From Gammaproteobacteria bacterium (GTDB lineage: Bacteria; Pseudomonadota; Gammaproteobacteria; Eutrophobiales; Eutrophobiaceae), in the NCBI GenBank assembly GCA_965238225.1, contig OZ250183.1:928001-992000 (forward strand): 64,000 nucleotides of DNA, in the 5' to 3' direction. Numbering within the stretch: the stretch's first letter is position 1; each line of letters begins with the position of its first letter. The notes under the pieces are model-generated. The model ran no database searches. It was given only the letters and a program-made list of their open reading frames with translations, and was not told the origin of the DNA. A program made the translations under genes and the position numbers. This document shows positions 49,078-61,611 of the stretch, piece by piece.

Positions 49078-51225
49078 TTACATATCGACTAAAATATTTT
49101 CTTGTTTAATTTTCAATGCTTGAAGCGCAGAAGGATTAGAGTTTTGCAATTGGATTAGATCATTTAGAATACGAGCAGTCTCTTGTAACAGAATGTCATG
49201 AGGTTTTTCTTTACCATCTTCTTCCTCAAGCTCATCAATTTCCAGTGAGCCATTTCTTTGTGGAAGTGGAGAAAGTCCCTGAGCGATCCTTAATTTGTTC
49301 TCAAGCTCATGCTTCATATCCAGCATATTTTCACGCTCGATTTCCCTTTTGCTCCTTTTTAGGGAAATTGTTTTCTTATTATTATTCGCTTTAATAAATT
49401 CTAATTGCTCTAGAAGCAGTTCAAAAATTTTATCAGAACTTAAACGTTTTTCGTGTAAAAATATTATATTGTCATAAAAATTTTCTAGTGAAACCATTTT
49501 TACATAGTTTGCTGGCTTAATTTTATCCCAAGACAAAGCATTACCCAATGATCGTTCCCCGGAATTCTCTATATCTATCGCTGTGGGAAATACAATATCA
49601 GGGATAACACCTTTATTTTGAGTGCTGTTTCCACTGACACGGAAAAACTGAGCGATCGTTGATTTAAGTTTACCGTGGTCTTTTTGGGGATTTCTAATAA
49701 AATTATTGATATCAGTAATATTTTGTACAGTCCCCTTACCAAAAGTTGGTTCACCGACGATAATGCCACGTTGATAATCCTGAATAGCACCTGCAAAGAT
49801 TTCTGAAGCAGAGGCACTGTTTCTATCGACGAACACCGCCAAAGAACCTGCATAAAAAAGATCGGGGTCAGGATCATTATTAATGTTAATCTCCCCTGAT
49901 AAATTTTTTGTTTGTACTACAGGGCCTGCTTCAATAAAGAGACCTGTCATTGCAAGTGCTTCGGAGAGAGAGCCACCACCATTGCCGCGTAGATCAATAA
50001 TGATGCCATCAACGCTTTCTTTATTGAGGTCTGTAATAAGCTTACGAACATCCTTGCTGGTGCTTCTAAAATCAGAGTCGCCTTTAGCTTGAGCTGCAAA
50101 ATCTACATAGAAAGTAGGGATATCAATAACGCCAATTTTTTTATTTATATCAGGTAGATCAATCAAGGTTGATTTTGATGCAGACTCTTCAAGTTTTATC
50201 TTGTTTCTAGTTAGTGTGATAACTTTACTCAGGTCTTCGGTAGCTGATTTCCTAGGAATGATTTCAAGTCGTAGTACAGTATCTTTTGGGCCACGAATAA
50301 GCGCAACAACATCATCAAGTCGCCAACCAACAATATCAATAATTTCACCATTATATCCTTGCCCAACACCGATTATTTTATCTTTACTGTGTAATTTTTT
50401 GCTTAGGTCTGCTGGTCCGCCAGGGACAATCTTATGGATAAACGTATAATCATCTTCACTTTTTAAGACAGCACCGATTCCCTCCAAGGAAAGCCGCATG
50501 CTGATATCAAAATTTTCGGAAGCTCTGGGTGAAAAATAAGCAGTATGTGGATCTATGGATGTTGTGTAAGAATTAATGAAACTTTGAAATATATCATTTG
50601 AATTAAATTGAAATATGTTTGTGTAAATCCTGTTATATCGTTTCTTCAAAGAATCTTTTACTTCTTTTTCTGTTTTTCCCTTGCCGGATAATAAGAGATT
50701 AAGCACATCGTTTTTTACGATCTTTCGCCAAAGTTTATTTAATTCTTTAGGATTTTTAGCCCATAGAGATTCATGACGGTAAAACACATAGTCTTCATCA
50801 ATTTCAAAATCAAATTCATTTTCTAATTCTAAAATTGCAAAATTCACCCGATCTTCAACTCTCTTTCTATAGATTTTGAAAATATCAAAAGCAGGGTCTA
50901 ACTTAGATGTAAGCAGGGCATCGTCTAGTTTATATCGGTATTTTGAAATATTCTGTATATCTTCATCCAGAAAGAATTTTCGATTTGGATCCAAGCTATC
51001 TATATAGATATCAAATATTAATGAAGATAAAATATTGTCAACAGGTTTTTTGCGATAATGGTAGTTATTGATTAGGGATGTAATTATCTTTGTGACTTTG
51101 ATATGTTCTTCAGCAGGGGTTAGATCTGATGAGAGAACTAGTGATACTTCAGAACAGACGTTAGCACAGAAAAAGACTAAGAAGAATGTCAAAATTAATG
51201 TAATGGATGGCGAGGGCTTTTTCAT
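49078..51225 (-). CDS. prc: Carboxy-terminal processing (tail-specific) protease
   Basis: DPHT.YFSP, SLEGIGA, PDZ region, DLRGNGGG, SASASEI, GKGTVQ, TQNKGV.PDI. Confidence 0.93.
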   Translation of the reverse strand: MKKPSPSITLILTFFLVFFCANVCSEVSLVLSSDLTPAEEHIKVTKIITSLINNYHYRKKPVDNILSSLIFDIYIDSLDPNRKFFLDEDIQNISKYRYKLDDALLTSKLDPAFDIFKIYRKRVEDRVNFAILELENEFDFEIDEDYVFYRHESLWAKNPKELNKLWRKIVKNDVLNLLLSGKGKTEKEVKDSLKKRYNRIYTNIFQFNSNDIFQSFINSYTTSIDPHTAYFSPRASENFDISMRLSLEGIGAVLKSEDDYTFIHKIVPGGPADLSKKLHSKDKIIGVGQGYNGEIIDIVGWRLDDVVALIRGPKDTVLRLEIIPRKSATEDLSKVITLTRNKIKLEESASKSTLIDLPDINKKIGVIDIPTFYVDFAAQAKGDSDFRSTSKDVRKLITDLNKESVDGIIIDLRGNGGGSLSEALAMTGLFIEAGPVVQTKNLSGEININNDPDPDLFYAGSLAVFVDRNSASASEIFAGAIQDYQRGIIVGEPTFGKGTVQNITDINNFIRNPQKDHGKLKSTIAQFFRVSGNSTQNKGVIPDIVFPTAIDIENSGERSLGNALSWDKIKPANYVKMVSLENFYDNIIFLHEKRLSSDKIFELLLEQLEFIKANNNKKTISLKRSKREIERENMLDMKHELENKLRIAQGLSPLPQRNGSLEIDELEEEDGKEKPHDILLQETARILNDLIQLQNSNPSALQALKIKQENILVDM

Positions 51226-51391
51226 TAATAGTTTGAAATTAATAAATTTAAATTGATTTAAAAATCTTATTTAATTAAATAGAGCTGTTCCATAGCATGT
51301 GCATTATATCTTAATTTTTCTTATAGTACTGGTAGTTTTTAGCTGTTATTTCTGATCGATGACTACATAACGATTATTATTTTGACGATTG

Positions 51392-51850
51392 TTATTTAGT
51401 GACAGGCTGTTTTTCTTTATTTAATTTTTCTATGCGTTCGTTAAGCTCTGCAGCTTTTCTATTATTTCCCCCAAGAAATATGGGCGCTTGTTTATAGTAT
51501 TTTGCAAGATCTGTGAGTGCAGCGATATTGTTTGCATCTAATTCAATGGCATGTTCAAGGGATTCTCTTGAATCTTTAGCCAGATTTATAGCCTCTAACC
51601 ATCCGGATATCTCCGCAAGTTCTCCATAAGTTTTTGCAAGCCAGTGGTGATAACGTGAATCATTAGATGACAGGCTGATTGCTTTTAAAAATTTATCTGC
51701 AGCAGCTTCAAATTTATTGTTTTCGTACAAGATCTGACCTTGTTTAAAATTTTCTTCTGCAACAGAATCATGCAGTACTTCTTCGTTAGCTAAACTGCTG
51801 GAAATTGCCAATAAGATATATGTTATGACTGCAAGGTACGTTAACTTCAT
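51392..51850 (-). CDS. Secreted TPR-repeat protein
   Basis: Signal peptide MKLTYLAVITYILLAISSSLA, followed by TPR helices (FEAAADKFLKAISL, YHHWLAKTYG, LEHAIELD). Confidence 0.7.
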   Translation of the reverse strand: MKLTYLAVITYILLAISSSLANEEVLHDSVAEENFKQGQILYENNKFEAAADKFLKAISLSSNDSRYHHWLAKTYGELAEISGWLEAINLAKDSRESLEHAIELDANNIAALTDLAKYYKQAPIFLGGNNRKAAELNERIEKLNKEKQPVTK

Positions 51851-52093
51851 GTTATTAAATAACGGTCTCAAGGATAGCCTTAGCGATAATCTCAAGTAGC
51901 TAAATTTCTTAATGAGTTCTTTGTGATGAAATTTTAATGGACAATACATTTCTTTAGACATCATTATACCTTAATTAATATAAATCAATTCTATATCAAA
52001 CACCAAAATAGAAGCAGATCCAATAAATCTCGTTCACAATACGATCTCATAGATGATCCCTGACAGGACATAAATTTTCCATAAAGGCTGGCG

Positions 52094-52747
52094 TTATAAT
52101 GCGCCAGCATCCCGCAATGCACTTGCTAAGCTAGAGGCTATTTCCTGATATCCCATTTTGTTGGGGTGAACTATATCTGATTTCATAGAAGTATTTGACA
52201 ATACATCCGCTATAAGGTTCGGGATGAAAATTACATCACTGCTTTCTGCGATATTGGTATATAGTTTTGCGGACTTAAGAAATAATCCAAGTTTAGGCAC
52301 GCCAAGCAGAATTGTTGAGATATTTTTATTTTTAGCTAGTGTGATCATCTGCCGAATATTTTTTTCTGTCTCAGCAAGGTCATACTTTTTTAAAATGTCA
52401 TTACCGCCATGACAAAGAATCAATAAATCTGGTTGATGTTTATCAAGGAATTTTGGTAAGCGTTGCAGCCCATGTATAGACAATTCTCCAAGCACGCCAG
52501 CATTAATGACTTTGCGATTGACCAAGGTTTCCAAGATAGCGGGATAGCTTTCATTCTTCTTTGCGCCAGTACCAAACGTTAGACTATCCCCAAAAGCGAG
52601 AATAACGGCATCATCAGGTAGTTTAGCAAGCTGTTGTTGCGAGTCACCACAGGCGGTCGGTAGTAGCAGAAATAATAAATAGTAAGCTAAGCTGCAGGAA
52701 TGTCCGAGCGAAGCTCTTCGTAAAAAGAAACTCATTTTTAAATTCAT
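52094..52747 (-). CDS. GDSL/SGNH arylesterase (TesA-like), possibly a lipoprotein
   Basis: FGDSLT, NAG, GGND, D.VHPN; PTAC lipobox-like motif. Confidence 0.88.
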   Translation of the reverse strand: MNLKMSFFLRRASLGHSCSLAYYLLFLLLPTACGDSQQQLAKLPDDAVILAFGDSLTFGTGAKKNESYPAILETLVNRKVINAGVLGELSIHGLQRLPKFLDKHQPDLLILCHGGNDILKKYDLAETEKNIRQMITLAKNKNISTILLGVPKLGLFLKSAKLYTNIAESSDVIFIPNLIADVLSNTSMKSDIVHPNKMGYQEIASSLASALRDAGAL

Positions 52748-52846
52748 TAATATGATTACCCAAAGCAGAAAGTAATGTTATAGCGCGACAAGTTATTTTT
52801 ATCCTTAATGAAGGAATGAATAATTTAAGAAACTAATAATTTTTTA

Positions 52847-53848
52847 TTAAATTAACTGTGTTTCCTCTATCGCAGTTTGAACAACCTCAATTCCAGCTCC
52901 TTTTTTATAAGCATTTTCACTAATATGTCGACGATAAGCGCGAGCACCGTACTGACCTGAATATAAACCAAGGATATGACGAGTTATATGCCCAAGATAA
53001 ATACCTTGATCTAGATTTATTTGAATATATTCCATAAATCTTTCCAAGATTTCATTGCGTGTGAGTAGCGGAATTTCGTTAGCAAATAATGTTTGTTCAA
53101 GCTCTGCTAGAAGATAAGGGTTTTGATAAGCTACGCGACCAACCATAACACCATCGATATGTTTATATTGTTCCATAATTGAATTTTGCATCGTGAAACC
53201 ACCATTAATAATAAAATCAAGTTCAGGAAAATCTTTTTTCAGCTGATAAACTGTTTCATATTGCAACGGCGGTACTTCGCGATTTTCTTTTGGACTCAGG
53301 CCATTTAACCAAGCTTTACGCGCATGAATAATAAAAGTATTACAACCTGCTTCTTTTACGTAGCGGACAAACATAGCCAATTCTTCATAACTATCTTGAT
53401 AGTCAATGCCAGTTCGCGTTTTGACTGTTACAGGAATACTCACCTGTTGTGACATTCTGGAAATACCTTCAGCAACAAGTTCTGGCTCTGCCATTAAACA
53501 AGCGCCAAAGCGCCCTGATTGTACCCTGTCACTGGGACAGCCGATATTGAGATTTATTTCATCATATCCAGCATCTTCTGCAATCATGGCACAAGTTGTA
53601 AGCGCGTCAGAGTCGCTGCCACCCAATTGGATGGCTAATGGATATTCATCAGCGCTATGTTCAAGAAGGTGCTGTCTGTCACCGTGGATAAGCGCGTCAG
53701 TCGTTATCATTTCGGTGTAAAGCAGAGCATGTGGTGAGATAATGCGCATAAAATAACGAAAATGCCTATCGGTATGATTCATCATTGGCGCGACGGTTAA
53801 TTTTCTATTTAATCTTGATGACATGAGTTTTAGTGTTTGTTTGGTCAA
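52847..53848 (-). CDS. dusA: tRNA-dihydrouridine(20/20a) synthase
   Basis: VAPMM..TDRH.R, QLGGS, NLNIGCPSDRVQSGRFGACLM, HARKAWL.GLSPKENR. Confidence 0.95.
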   Translation of the reverse strand: MTKQTLKLMSSRLNRKLTVAPMMNHTDRHFRYFMRIISPHALLYTEMITTDALIHGDRQHLLEHSADEYPLAIQLGGSDSDALTTCAMIAEDAGYDEINLNIGCPSDRVQSGRFGACLMAEPELVAEGISRMSQQVSIPVTVKTRTGIDYQDSYEELAMFVRYVKEAGCNTFIIHARKAWLNGLSPKENREVPPLQYETVYQLKKDFPELDFIINGGFTMQNSIMEQYKHIDGVMVGRVAYQNPYLLAELEQTLFANEIPLLTRNEILERFMEYIQINLDQGIYLGHITRHILGLYSGQYGARAYRRHISENAYKKGAGIEVVQTAIEETQLI

Positions 53849-53901
53849 ATGTGTATTTTAAATAAAAAATATATTCAGAAATGGTGCAGTGATTATTTGT
53901 A

Positions 53902-56565
53902 TTACGAAAGAGCTTTAACAATAAGGTTTGTTAAGCATTCAAACTTAGCCGAATCCATAATAGGTTTATTTTTTTTGTCGGTGATGAAAAAAATATCTTC
54001 AACACGTGAACCATAAGTAGCAATCTTTGCCCCATGCAAACGAACATCACGCTTAGCTAGAGCAACACCAATTTGAGATAGCAATCCAAATCTATCCGAT
54101 GCAATTACTTCCATTACTGTTCTATTATTTTTATTATCTTGTGTGAATTTGACAGTTGTTGGAATAGAGAATATTTTTTGTTTTCGTGTTCGTGGATATG
54201 GTAAATATTGAGAATATTGTTCCAGCTGCGACAGTGTTTCATTAAGTTTACTTATAATATCTTCCCTATGATTTTTCTCTTTAATTGCTCTGCCTGATTT
54301 ATCCAGAATGATATAGGTATCCAGTGTGTATCCATGTATTGATGTTATGATTCTAGCGTCAACAATAGTCAGTCCAAGTTGAGCCAACATATGTGTTGTT
54401 GCCGAAAAAATATTATCCTGATCTTTCATGTATACAAAAATTTCTGTGCCTCCTCGAGCAGTTTGTTGACGAGTTTTAATCAAGGGATATTTTTTTTGTG
54501 TATTATTTGCGATGGATTTAGCGTGCCATGCTATTTCATCCGGCAAATAGCGAATAAAGTAATCTTCACCCAGAGACATCCAGAGCTTGTCAATATCAAA
54601 TTTTGATTTGATTCGATCGCTAATGAGCTCCAGTGTAGAGTGTTTGGTTTTTTTGATACGGTCTTTTCTATTAAACGGATTTTCCAGACCACGCCTAAGC
54701 GCACGTGCCGTCTCACTATATAGCTTATTAAACAATGAATCTTTCCATGCATTCCAGAGCCCAGGGTTAGTGCCATTGACATCAGCAACAGTCAGCAGAT
54801 ACAGATAATTCAAGTGCTCCAGATCGCCTATTTTTATTGTGAATTTATTGATGACTTCCGGGTCGTTAATATCTTCACGCTGTGCCGTTTTTGACAAGAT
54901 CAAATGATTTTCAACCAGCCAGCCAACAAGATCTGTGTCGTATGTGCTTAGACTGTGTTGCTTACAAAAATCAACAGCATCTTTTATGCCTAATTTGCTA
55001 TGGTCTCCTTGTCGACCTTTAGCAATATCGTGGAACAAACCAGAAAGATAGAGCAGCTCTTGTTTCGGCAATTTTTTTAAAATTTCATGACACAGCGGAT
55101 AAGTATCAGCATATTCTGGCAATTCAAAATGTCGCATATTTTGAACTACAAAAAGAATATGTTCATCAACACTGTAAACATGGAATAGATCAAATTGCAT
55201 TTGTCCTTCAATTCGACCAAAGGCTGGCAGGTATTTACTGAGTATGCCGTAACGATGCATGCGTCGAAGTTCATGACCAACATATCGTGGTTGTCTAATG
55301 ATTTCCATGAACAGGCTTTTGTTACGAATATCGGCCCTAAATTTGTCATCAATCAAATAGGAATATTTCCAAATCAAGCGAATGGTATTCGCTCGAATAT
55401 TTTTGATTGACAAAATTTGCTGTTTAAGTAGGAATATCTCTAATAATGCAAAGGGATACCGTTTAAATACTTTATCATGACAAACTTCGATACAATTATT
55501 ACGGATTTGAAAACGTTTATTGATAGGTTTTATTTTTTCTTTACGTGTCGGATAAATAATCACCTCATGGAAATTCTGCAAAAACAGTTCGTTTAGACGG
55601 CGTAACTCGCGCACCATCTGGTAATACAATTTCATGAATTGCTCAACACCGCTATTATCTTTCGTGCGAAAGCCAAAGATTTGTGCCATGTGACGTTGTT
55701 GATCAAATGAAAGTCTGTCGTCACACCGACCCATTAAATTGTGTAGAGCGTAGCGAATGCGCCAGAGAAATGTTTGGCCTGTTTCCAGCCTTGAATGTTC
55801 TTCGTTAGTCAAAAAATCATGCTTAACCAGATCATGCAGCTTCTCAATACCAAAATGTCGTTTAGCGATCCAGCCAATCATTTGGATATCTCTTAGCCCT
55901 CCAGGACTTTCTTTGATGTTTGGTTCTAGATTATGTTCAGTATTGGCATATTTTTTATGGCGTTCGATTTGTTCTTGCAGCTTGGCCTTAAAAAATTTCT
56001 TGCTTGGCCAGATTTTTTTTGGTCCAGTCAATTTACGCATGGAATCAAATAATTTTTGGTCGCCCTCCAAAAGACGTGCTTCCATCATATTTGTGGTTAC
56101 GGCAATGTCAGATTTTCCTTCAGAGATACAATCTTTTATGGTGCGGACACTTTGTCCAACCTCAAGACCTATATCCCACAAAAAAGTCAGGAACTTCTGA
56201 ATTTGTTCATTTGTTTCTTTGTTACTTCTGTATTTCTCAAGAATGAGCAGATCAATATCAGATGCAGGATGTAGTTCATTTCTGCCATAACCGCCCACCG
56301 CTAATAAAGTCAGATCTTTGCAACTTATCATAGACTGCCAAGCATGTATCAGAAGCTGGTCGATAAATTCTGCACGTTTATGTACGAGATCTACAACAGT
56401 TCTTCCTTTATCAAACGCATCGTTTAATGCCTGAGATCCTTCTTGTAAGGTATTTTTAAAAACACTGACTGGGGATGTGCTGGATAATAATTCTTCTGCG
56501 AAGTAATCGCTTCTGAATAAAAATATTTCTTCTTTGGAGTCTTTTTGCGTGCTAATAGATATCAA
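53902..56565 (-). CDS. glnD: [Protein-PII] uridylyltransferase/uridylyl-removing enzyme
   Basis: AVGGYGR.ELHP.SDIDLL, EPNIKESPGGLRD, HDIAKGR.GDHS, two ACT domains. Confidence 0.97.
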   Translation of the reverse strand: MISISTQKDSKEEIFLFRSDYFAEELLSSTSPVSVFKNTLQEGSQALNDAFDKGRTVVDLVHKRAEFIDQLLIHAWQSMISCKDLTLLAVGGYGRNELHPASDIDLLILEKYRSNKETNEQIQKFLTFLWDIGLEVGQSVRTIKDCISEGKSDIAVTTNMMEARLLEGDQKLFDSMRKLTGPKKIWPSKKFFKAKLQEQIERHKKYANTEHNLEPNIKESPGGLRDIQMIGWIAKRHFGIEKLHDLVKHDFLTNEEHSRLETGQTFLWRIRYALHNLMGRCDDRLSFDQQRHMAQIFGFRTKDNSGVEQFMKLYYQMVRELRRLNELFLQNFHEVIIYPTRKEKIKPINKRFQIRNNCIEVCHDKVFKRYPFALLEIFLLKQQILSIKNIRANTIRLIWKYSYLIDDKFRADIRNKSLFMEIIRQPRYVGHELRRMHRYGILSKYLPAFGRIEGQMQFDLFHVYSVDEHILFVVQNMRHFELPEYADTYPLCHEILKKLPKQELLYLSGLFHDIAKGRQGDHSKLGIKDAVDFCKQHSLSTYDTDLVGWLVENHLILSKTAQREDINDPEVINKFTIKIGDLEHLNYLYLLTVADVNGTNPGLWNAWKDSLFNKLYSETARALRRGLENPFNRKDRIKKTKHSTLELISDRIKSKFDIDKLWMSLGEDYFIRYLPDEIAWHAKSIANNTQKKYPLIKTRQQTARGGTEIFVYMKDQDNIFSATTHMLAQLGLTIVDARIITSIHGYTLDTYIILDKSGRAIKEKNHREDIISKLNETLSQLEQYSQYLPYPRTRKQKIFSIPTTVKFTQDNKNNRTVMEVIASDRFGLLSQIGVALAKRDVRLHGAKIATYGSRVEDIFFITDKKNKPIMDSAKFECLTNLIVKALS

Positions 56566-56567
56566 AA

Positions 56568-57335
56568 TTAAAAATCTTCTTCATCTCGTTTGGTTAAGAC
56601 TTCATATCCATCAGCAGTTACAAGAATGGTATGTTCCCATTGCGCAGAAAGGTTCCGGTCTCTGGTGACGACAGTCCATTCGTCGGGTAATAATTTAACA
56701 TGGCGTTTGCCGATATTAATCATTGGCTCAATAGTAAATGTCATACCTTTTTCGATGATTAACCCGGTATCTTTGCGTCCATAGTGTAGCACCTGAGGGT
56801 CTTCATGGAATGCTTTGCCAATGCCGTGGCCGCAATATTCGCGAACGATTGAATAATTATTGCTTTCTGCATATTGCTGAATCGCATAGCCAATATCTCC
56901 AAGACGTGTGCCAGGCTTCACCATTTCAATGCCCAATTTCATGCATTCATAAGTGATGTTTGTCAGTCTTTTGGCCTTGATTGAAGGTTCTCCAACAAAG
57001 AACATCTTGCTGGTATCTCCATGATATTCATTTTTGATGACTGTGATATCGATATTTATGATGTCCTTATTTTTCAGTTTCTTGTTTCCAGGGATGCCGT
57101 GACAAACAACATGATTCACTGAGGTGCAAATAGATTTTGGGAATCCCCGATAATTTAAGGGGGCAGGGATCGCATTTAGTTCATTAACGATATAATCGTG
57201 ACAGATACGATCTAGTTCATTGGTCGTAATTCCTTCACAGACATGAGGTTTTACCATTTGCAGAACATTCGCTGCCAAATGGCCTGCAATACGCATTTTT
57301 TCGATTTCTTCTGGTGTTTTAATAGTGATGGTCAT
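56568..57335 (-). CDS. map: Methionine aminopeptidase
   Basis: CTSVN.VVCHGIP, DITV...HGDTS, GHGIG..FHE, TIEPMIN, AQWEHT. Confidence 0.97.
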   Translation of the reverse strand: MTITIKTPEEIEKMRIAGHLAANVLQMVKPHVCEGITTNELDRICHDYIVNELNAIPAPLNYRGFPKSICTSVNHVVCHGIPGNKKLKNKDIINIDITVIKNEYHGDTSKMFFVGEPSIKAKRLTNITYECMKLGIEMVKPGTRLGDIGYAIQQYAESNNYSIVREYCGHGIGKAFHEDPQVLHYGRKDTGLIIEKGMTFTIEPMINIGKRHVKLLPDEWTVVTRDRNLSAQWEHTILVTADGYEVLTKRDEEDF

Positions 57336-57430
57336 AGGTTATCTCTGGATATGTCCTGTAAACAAGCTGAGCGATTGTTGTCAATAGTCTTCTATGTTAT
57401 AAAACACCTATAGTTTTGCAAATTAATGTC

Positions 57431-57503
57431 ACACGCACAACTGCAACTATGTATTGGGTGCCTGACAAGGTTGGTGCATAGTGTGTGCGGAGGCGTAACC
57501 CTA
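57431..57503 (+). ncRNA. rpsB 5' leader (t44 / S2 autoregulatory RNA)
   Basis: cacacgcaca...actatg..gggtgcc...catagtgtgtgcggaggc.taaccc layout matches gammaproteobacterial rpsB leaders. Confidence 0.75.
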
Positions 57504-57518
57504 ATTGGAGAGATTATA

Positions 57519-58604
57519 ATGTCAAACGTTACCATGCGTGAAATGCTGGAGGCTGGTGTTCATTTTGGCCATCAGGCTCGTTACTGGAACCCCAAGATGG
57601 CACCGTATTTGTTCGGCCAGCGTAACAAGATTCACATCATCAACCTTGAACTATCCTTGCCGATGTATTGCGAAGCCGTTAATTTTTTGGGTAAATTGGC
57701 TGCCAAACAAGGCAAGATCATGTTCGTTGGGACTAAGCGTACTGCTCAAAATGTGATTCAGGAAGAGGCTCTTCGTTGTGGCATGCCTTTTGTAAATCGT
57801 CGTTGGTTAGGCGGATTATTGACGAACTACCAAACGGTCAAGAAATCTATTAATAGAATGAACAGCTTGGAGGTTAAGGAGACAGACGGTACATTGGAAA
57901 AAATGACCAAAAAAGACCAGCTCAGGCATAAAAGAGAATTGGAGAAGCTATCGCGCGGTCTTTCCGGGATTAGGGATATGAATGGTTTGCCAGATGCCTT
58001 ATTTATTGTTGATGTAGGTTATGAAAATATTGCAGTAAGTGAAGCTAAGAAATTGGGCATTCCAGTCGTAGGCGTTGTTGATAGCAATAATAGTTTGGAT
58101 AATGTTGATTACATTATTCCTGGTAATGACGATGCAGTTCGTTCTATTCGTCTATACGCCAAAGGTATTGCTGATGCGATACTTGATAGTCGTGCAGCAG
58201 CACAGATGGGCACAGCCAAGGAGGATGATTTTGTTGAGCTGGATGATCTTGGTCAACCAATCATTCGGGAAGTTGCAGATAAAACGACAAACAAAGAGCC
58301 TGCGACCATAAAAAAGATCACTAAGAAAATAATAGAAAAAGTTTCAACTGATTCAAACACGCCTTCTGATAAAATAACCAAAGAAACCAAAGAAGTTGCA
58401 GTATCTGCTGAAGCAGCAGTAATTAAGAAAAAAGTAATCAAGAAAAAAGTGATCAAGAAAAAGGTGAGCAAGAAAAAAGTGATCAAGAAAAACGTGATCA
58501 AGAAAAAGGTGAGCAAGAAAAAAGTGATCAAGAAAAAAACTAAAAAACAGTTTGCTAAAAAAATTACTAAAGCCGAAAAAACCAAAGAAGGTGAGGGAGA
58601 ATAA
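57519..58604 (+). CDS. rpsB: 30S ribosomal protein S2 with a long lysine-rich C-terminal extension
   Basis: [29 protein letters not shown]. 361 aa. Confidence 0.97.
   Translation: MSNVTMREMLEAGVHFGHQARYWNPKMAPYLFGQRNKIHIINLELSLPMYCEAVNFLGKLAAKQGKIMFVGTKRTAQNVIQEEALRCGMPFVNRRWLGGLLTNYQTVKKSINRMNSLEVKETDGTLEKMTKKDQLRHKRELEKLSRGLSGIRDMNGLPDALFIVDVGYENIAVSEAKKLGIPVVGVVDSNNSLDNVDYIIPGNDDAVRSIRLYAKGIADAILDSRAAAQMGTAKEDDFVELDDLGQPIIREVADKTTNKEPATIKKITKKIIEKVSTDSNTPSDKITKETKEVAVSAEAAVIKKKVIKKKVIKKKVSKKKVIKKNVIKKKVSKKKVIKKKTKKQFAKKITKAEKTKEGEGE
58425..58538 (+). repeat. Coding 15-bp tandem repeat, 7 full units plus a partial one, encoding KK(K/N)V(I/S)
   Basis: Consensus aagaaaaaagtgatc with variants aagaaaaaggtgagc and aagaaaaacgtgatc. 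Confidence 0.95.
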
Positions 58605-58607
58605 AAA

Positions 58608-60228
<1,621 letters not shown>

Positions 60229-60261
60229 GCTATTCGAGTAAAACTTAAAGAGAAAATTCCA

Positions 60262-60819
60262 ATGATTGACGATATATATAAAGATGCTGTTAAGCGCATG
60301 CTCAAGAGCTTGGAGGTGCTTAAACAGGAGTTAAGCAAAATACATACAGGTCGTGCACACACCAGTCTTCTGGATCACATTATGGTTAGTTTTTATGGCA
60401 CTAATACCCCCTTAAAACAGGTGGCAAACATTGGTATACAAGATGCACGAACTTTAAGTGTGACTGCCTTTGACAAAAACGTCATTCCGGATATCGAAAA
60501 AGCAATTATGAGTGCGGATATTGGATTAAATCCTGTCACTGCAGGTGAAGTAATTCGTGTTCCACTGCCTTTACTTACTGAAGATAGGCGTAAAGAATTG
60601 ATTCGAGTAGTGCGCAGAGAGGCAGAAAAAGGAAAGATTGCAATACGTAATATTCGACGTGATGCAAACCACGCCTGTAAGGAGCTTCTTAAAGGGAAAG
60701 AAATCTCAAAGGACGAAGATCGAGCTGCTGAAGACAAGATTCAGAAATTGACTGATAGCAATATTCATGAACTTGATAAGTTTTTGACAGATAAAGAAAA
60801 GGAAATGATAGAAATTTGA
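60262..60819 (+). CDS. frr: Ribosome recycling factor
   Basis: [26 protein letters not shown]. Confidence 0.97.
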   Translation: MIDDIYKDAVKRMLKSLEVLKQELSKIHTGRAHTSLLDHIMVSFYGTNTPLKQVANIGIQDARTLSVTAFDKNVIPDIEKAIMSADIGLNPVTAGEVIRVPLPLLTEDRRKELIRVVRREAEKGKIAIRNIRRDANHACKELLKGKEISKDEDRAAEDKIQKLTDSNIHELDKFLTDKEKEMIEI

Positions 60820-60858
60820 CTGGCATATTACATGGATATGCTAACAAATTATTATTAA

Positions 60859-61611
60859 ATGACCAGTAAACATGTATTGCGTAGTAACAGAGGTGGCTCA
60901 CCAAAGCATATTGCCATTATTATGGATGGTAATGGTCGCTGGGCAAAACAGAAAGATTTACCAAGAATTGCAGGTCATAAGGCAGGTGTTGCAACACTAC
61001 AGAAGATCGTTAATTTTAGTGTCAAAGAGGGTATAGAAATATTGACGGTCTACGCTTTCAGTAGCGAAAACTGGAAAAGACCAAGCGGTGAAATATCCGT
61101 GTTGATGGAGTTATTCAATACGTCCCTGCAAAAACACCTTCAAGAACTTCATGATAATAATGTCAGGCTTCGCTTCATTGGTAATTTGTCTGTCTTTTCT
61201 GAAAAACTTCGCCAATTAATGACTGATACAAAAAATATGACGACAAATAATGCAGGTCTGGAATTAGTCATTGCCGTGAACTATGGGGGGAGATGGGATA
61301 TCACTAATGCCTTTAAAACCCTCAATCAAAAAATCAGTAACAAAGAGCTAAAGCCAGAGGATATTTGTGAAGACTTAATTGGTAAATTTATGTGTCTTTC
61401 TGATCTTGCAGATCCAGATCTTTTTATCCGCACAGGTGGTGAAATGCGAATCAGCAATTATCTCCTTTGGCAGTTAGCGTATACTGAATTTTATTTTGAT
61501 GATTGTTTATGGCCAGATTTTGACACAATAAATTTGGAAAAAGCTCTAGAATGGTACGCTGGACGAGAAAGAAGATTCGGGCGCACCAGCAAGCAAATAG
61601 AACATGATTAA
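60859..61611 (+). CDS. uppS: Undecaprenyl diphosphate synthase
   Basis: HIAIIMDGNGRWA, YAFSSENWKRP, NYGGR, IRTGGE.RISNYLLWQ. Confidence 0.97.
   Translation: MTSKHVLRSNRGGSPKHIAIIMDGNGRWAKQKDLPRIAGHKAGVATLQKIVNFSVKEGIEILTVYAFSSENWKRPSGEISVLMELFNTSLQKHLQELHDNNVRLRFIGNLSVFSEKLRQLMTDTKNMTTNNAGLELVIAVNYGGRWDITNAFKTLNQKISNKELKPEDICEDLIGKFMCLSDLADPDLFIRTGGEMRISNYLLWQLAYTEFYFDDCLWPDFDTINLEKALEWYAGRERRFGRTSKQIEHD

Noticed and set aside
58425-58538. Repeat array as a possible CRISPR
   Set aside because: The 15-bp units are contiguous, have no spacers and lie in frame within rpsB. No cas genes are present.
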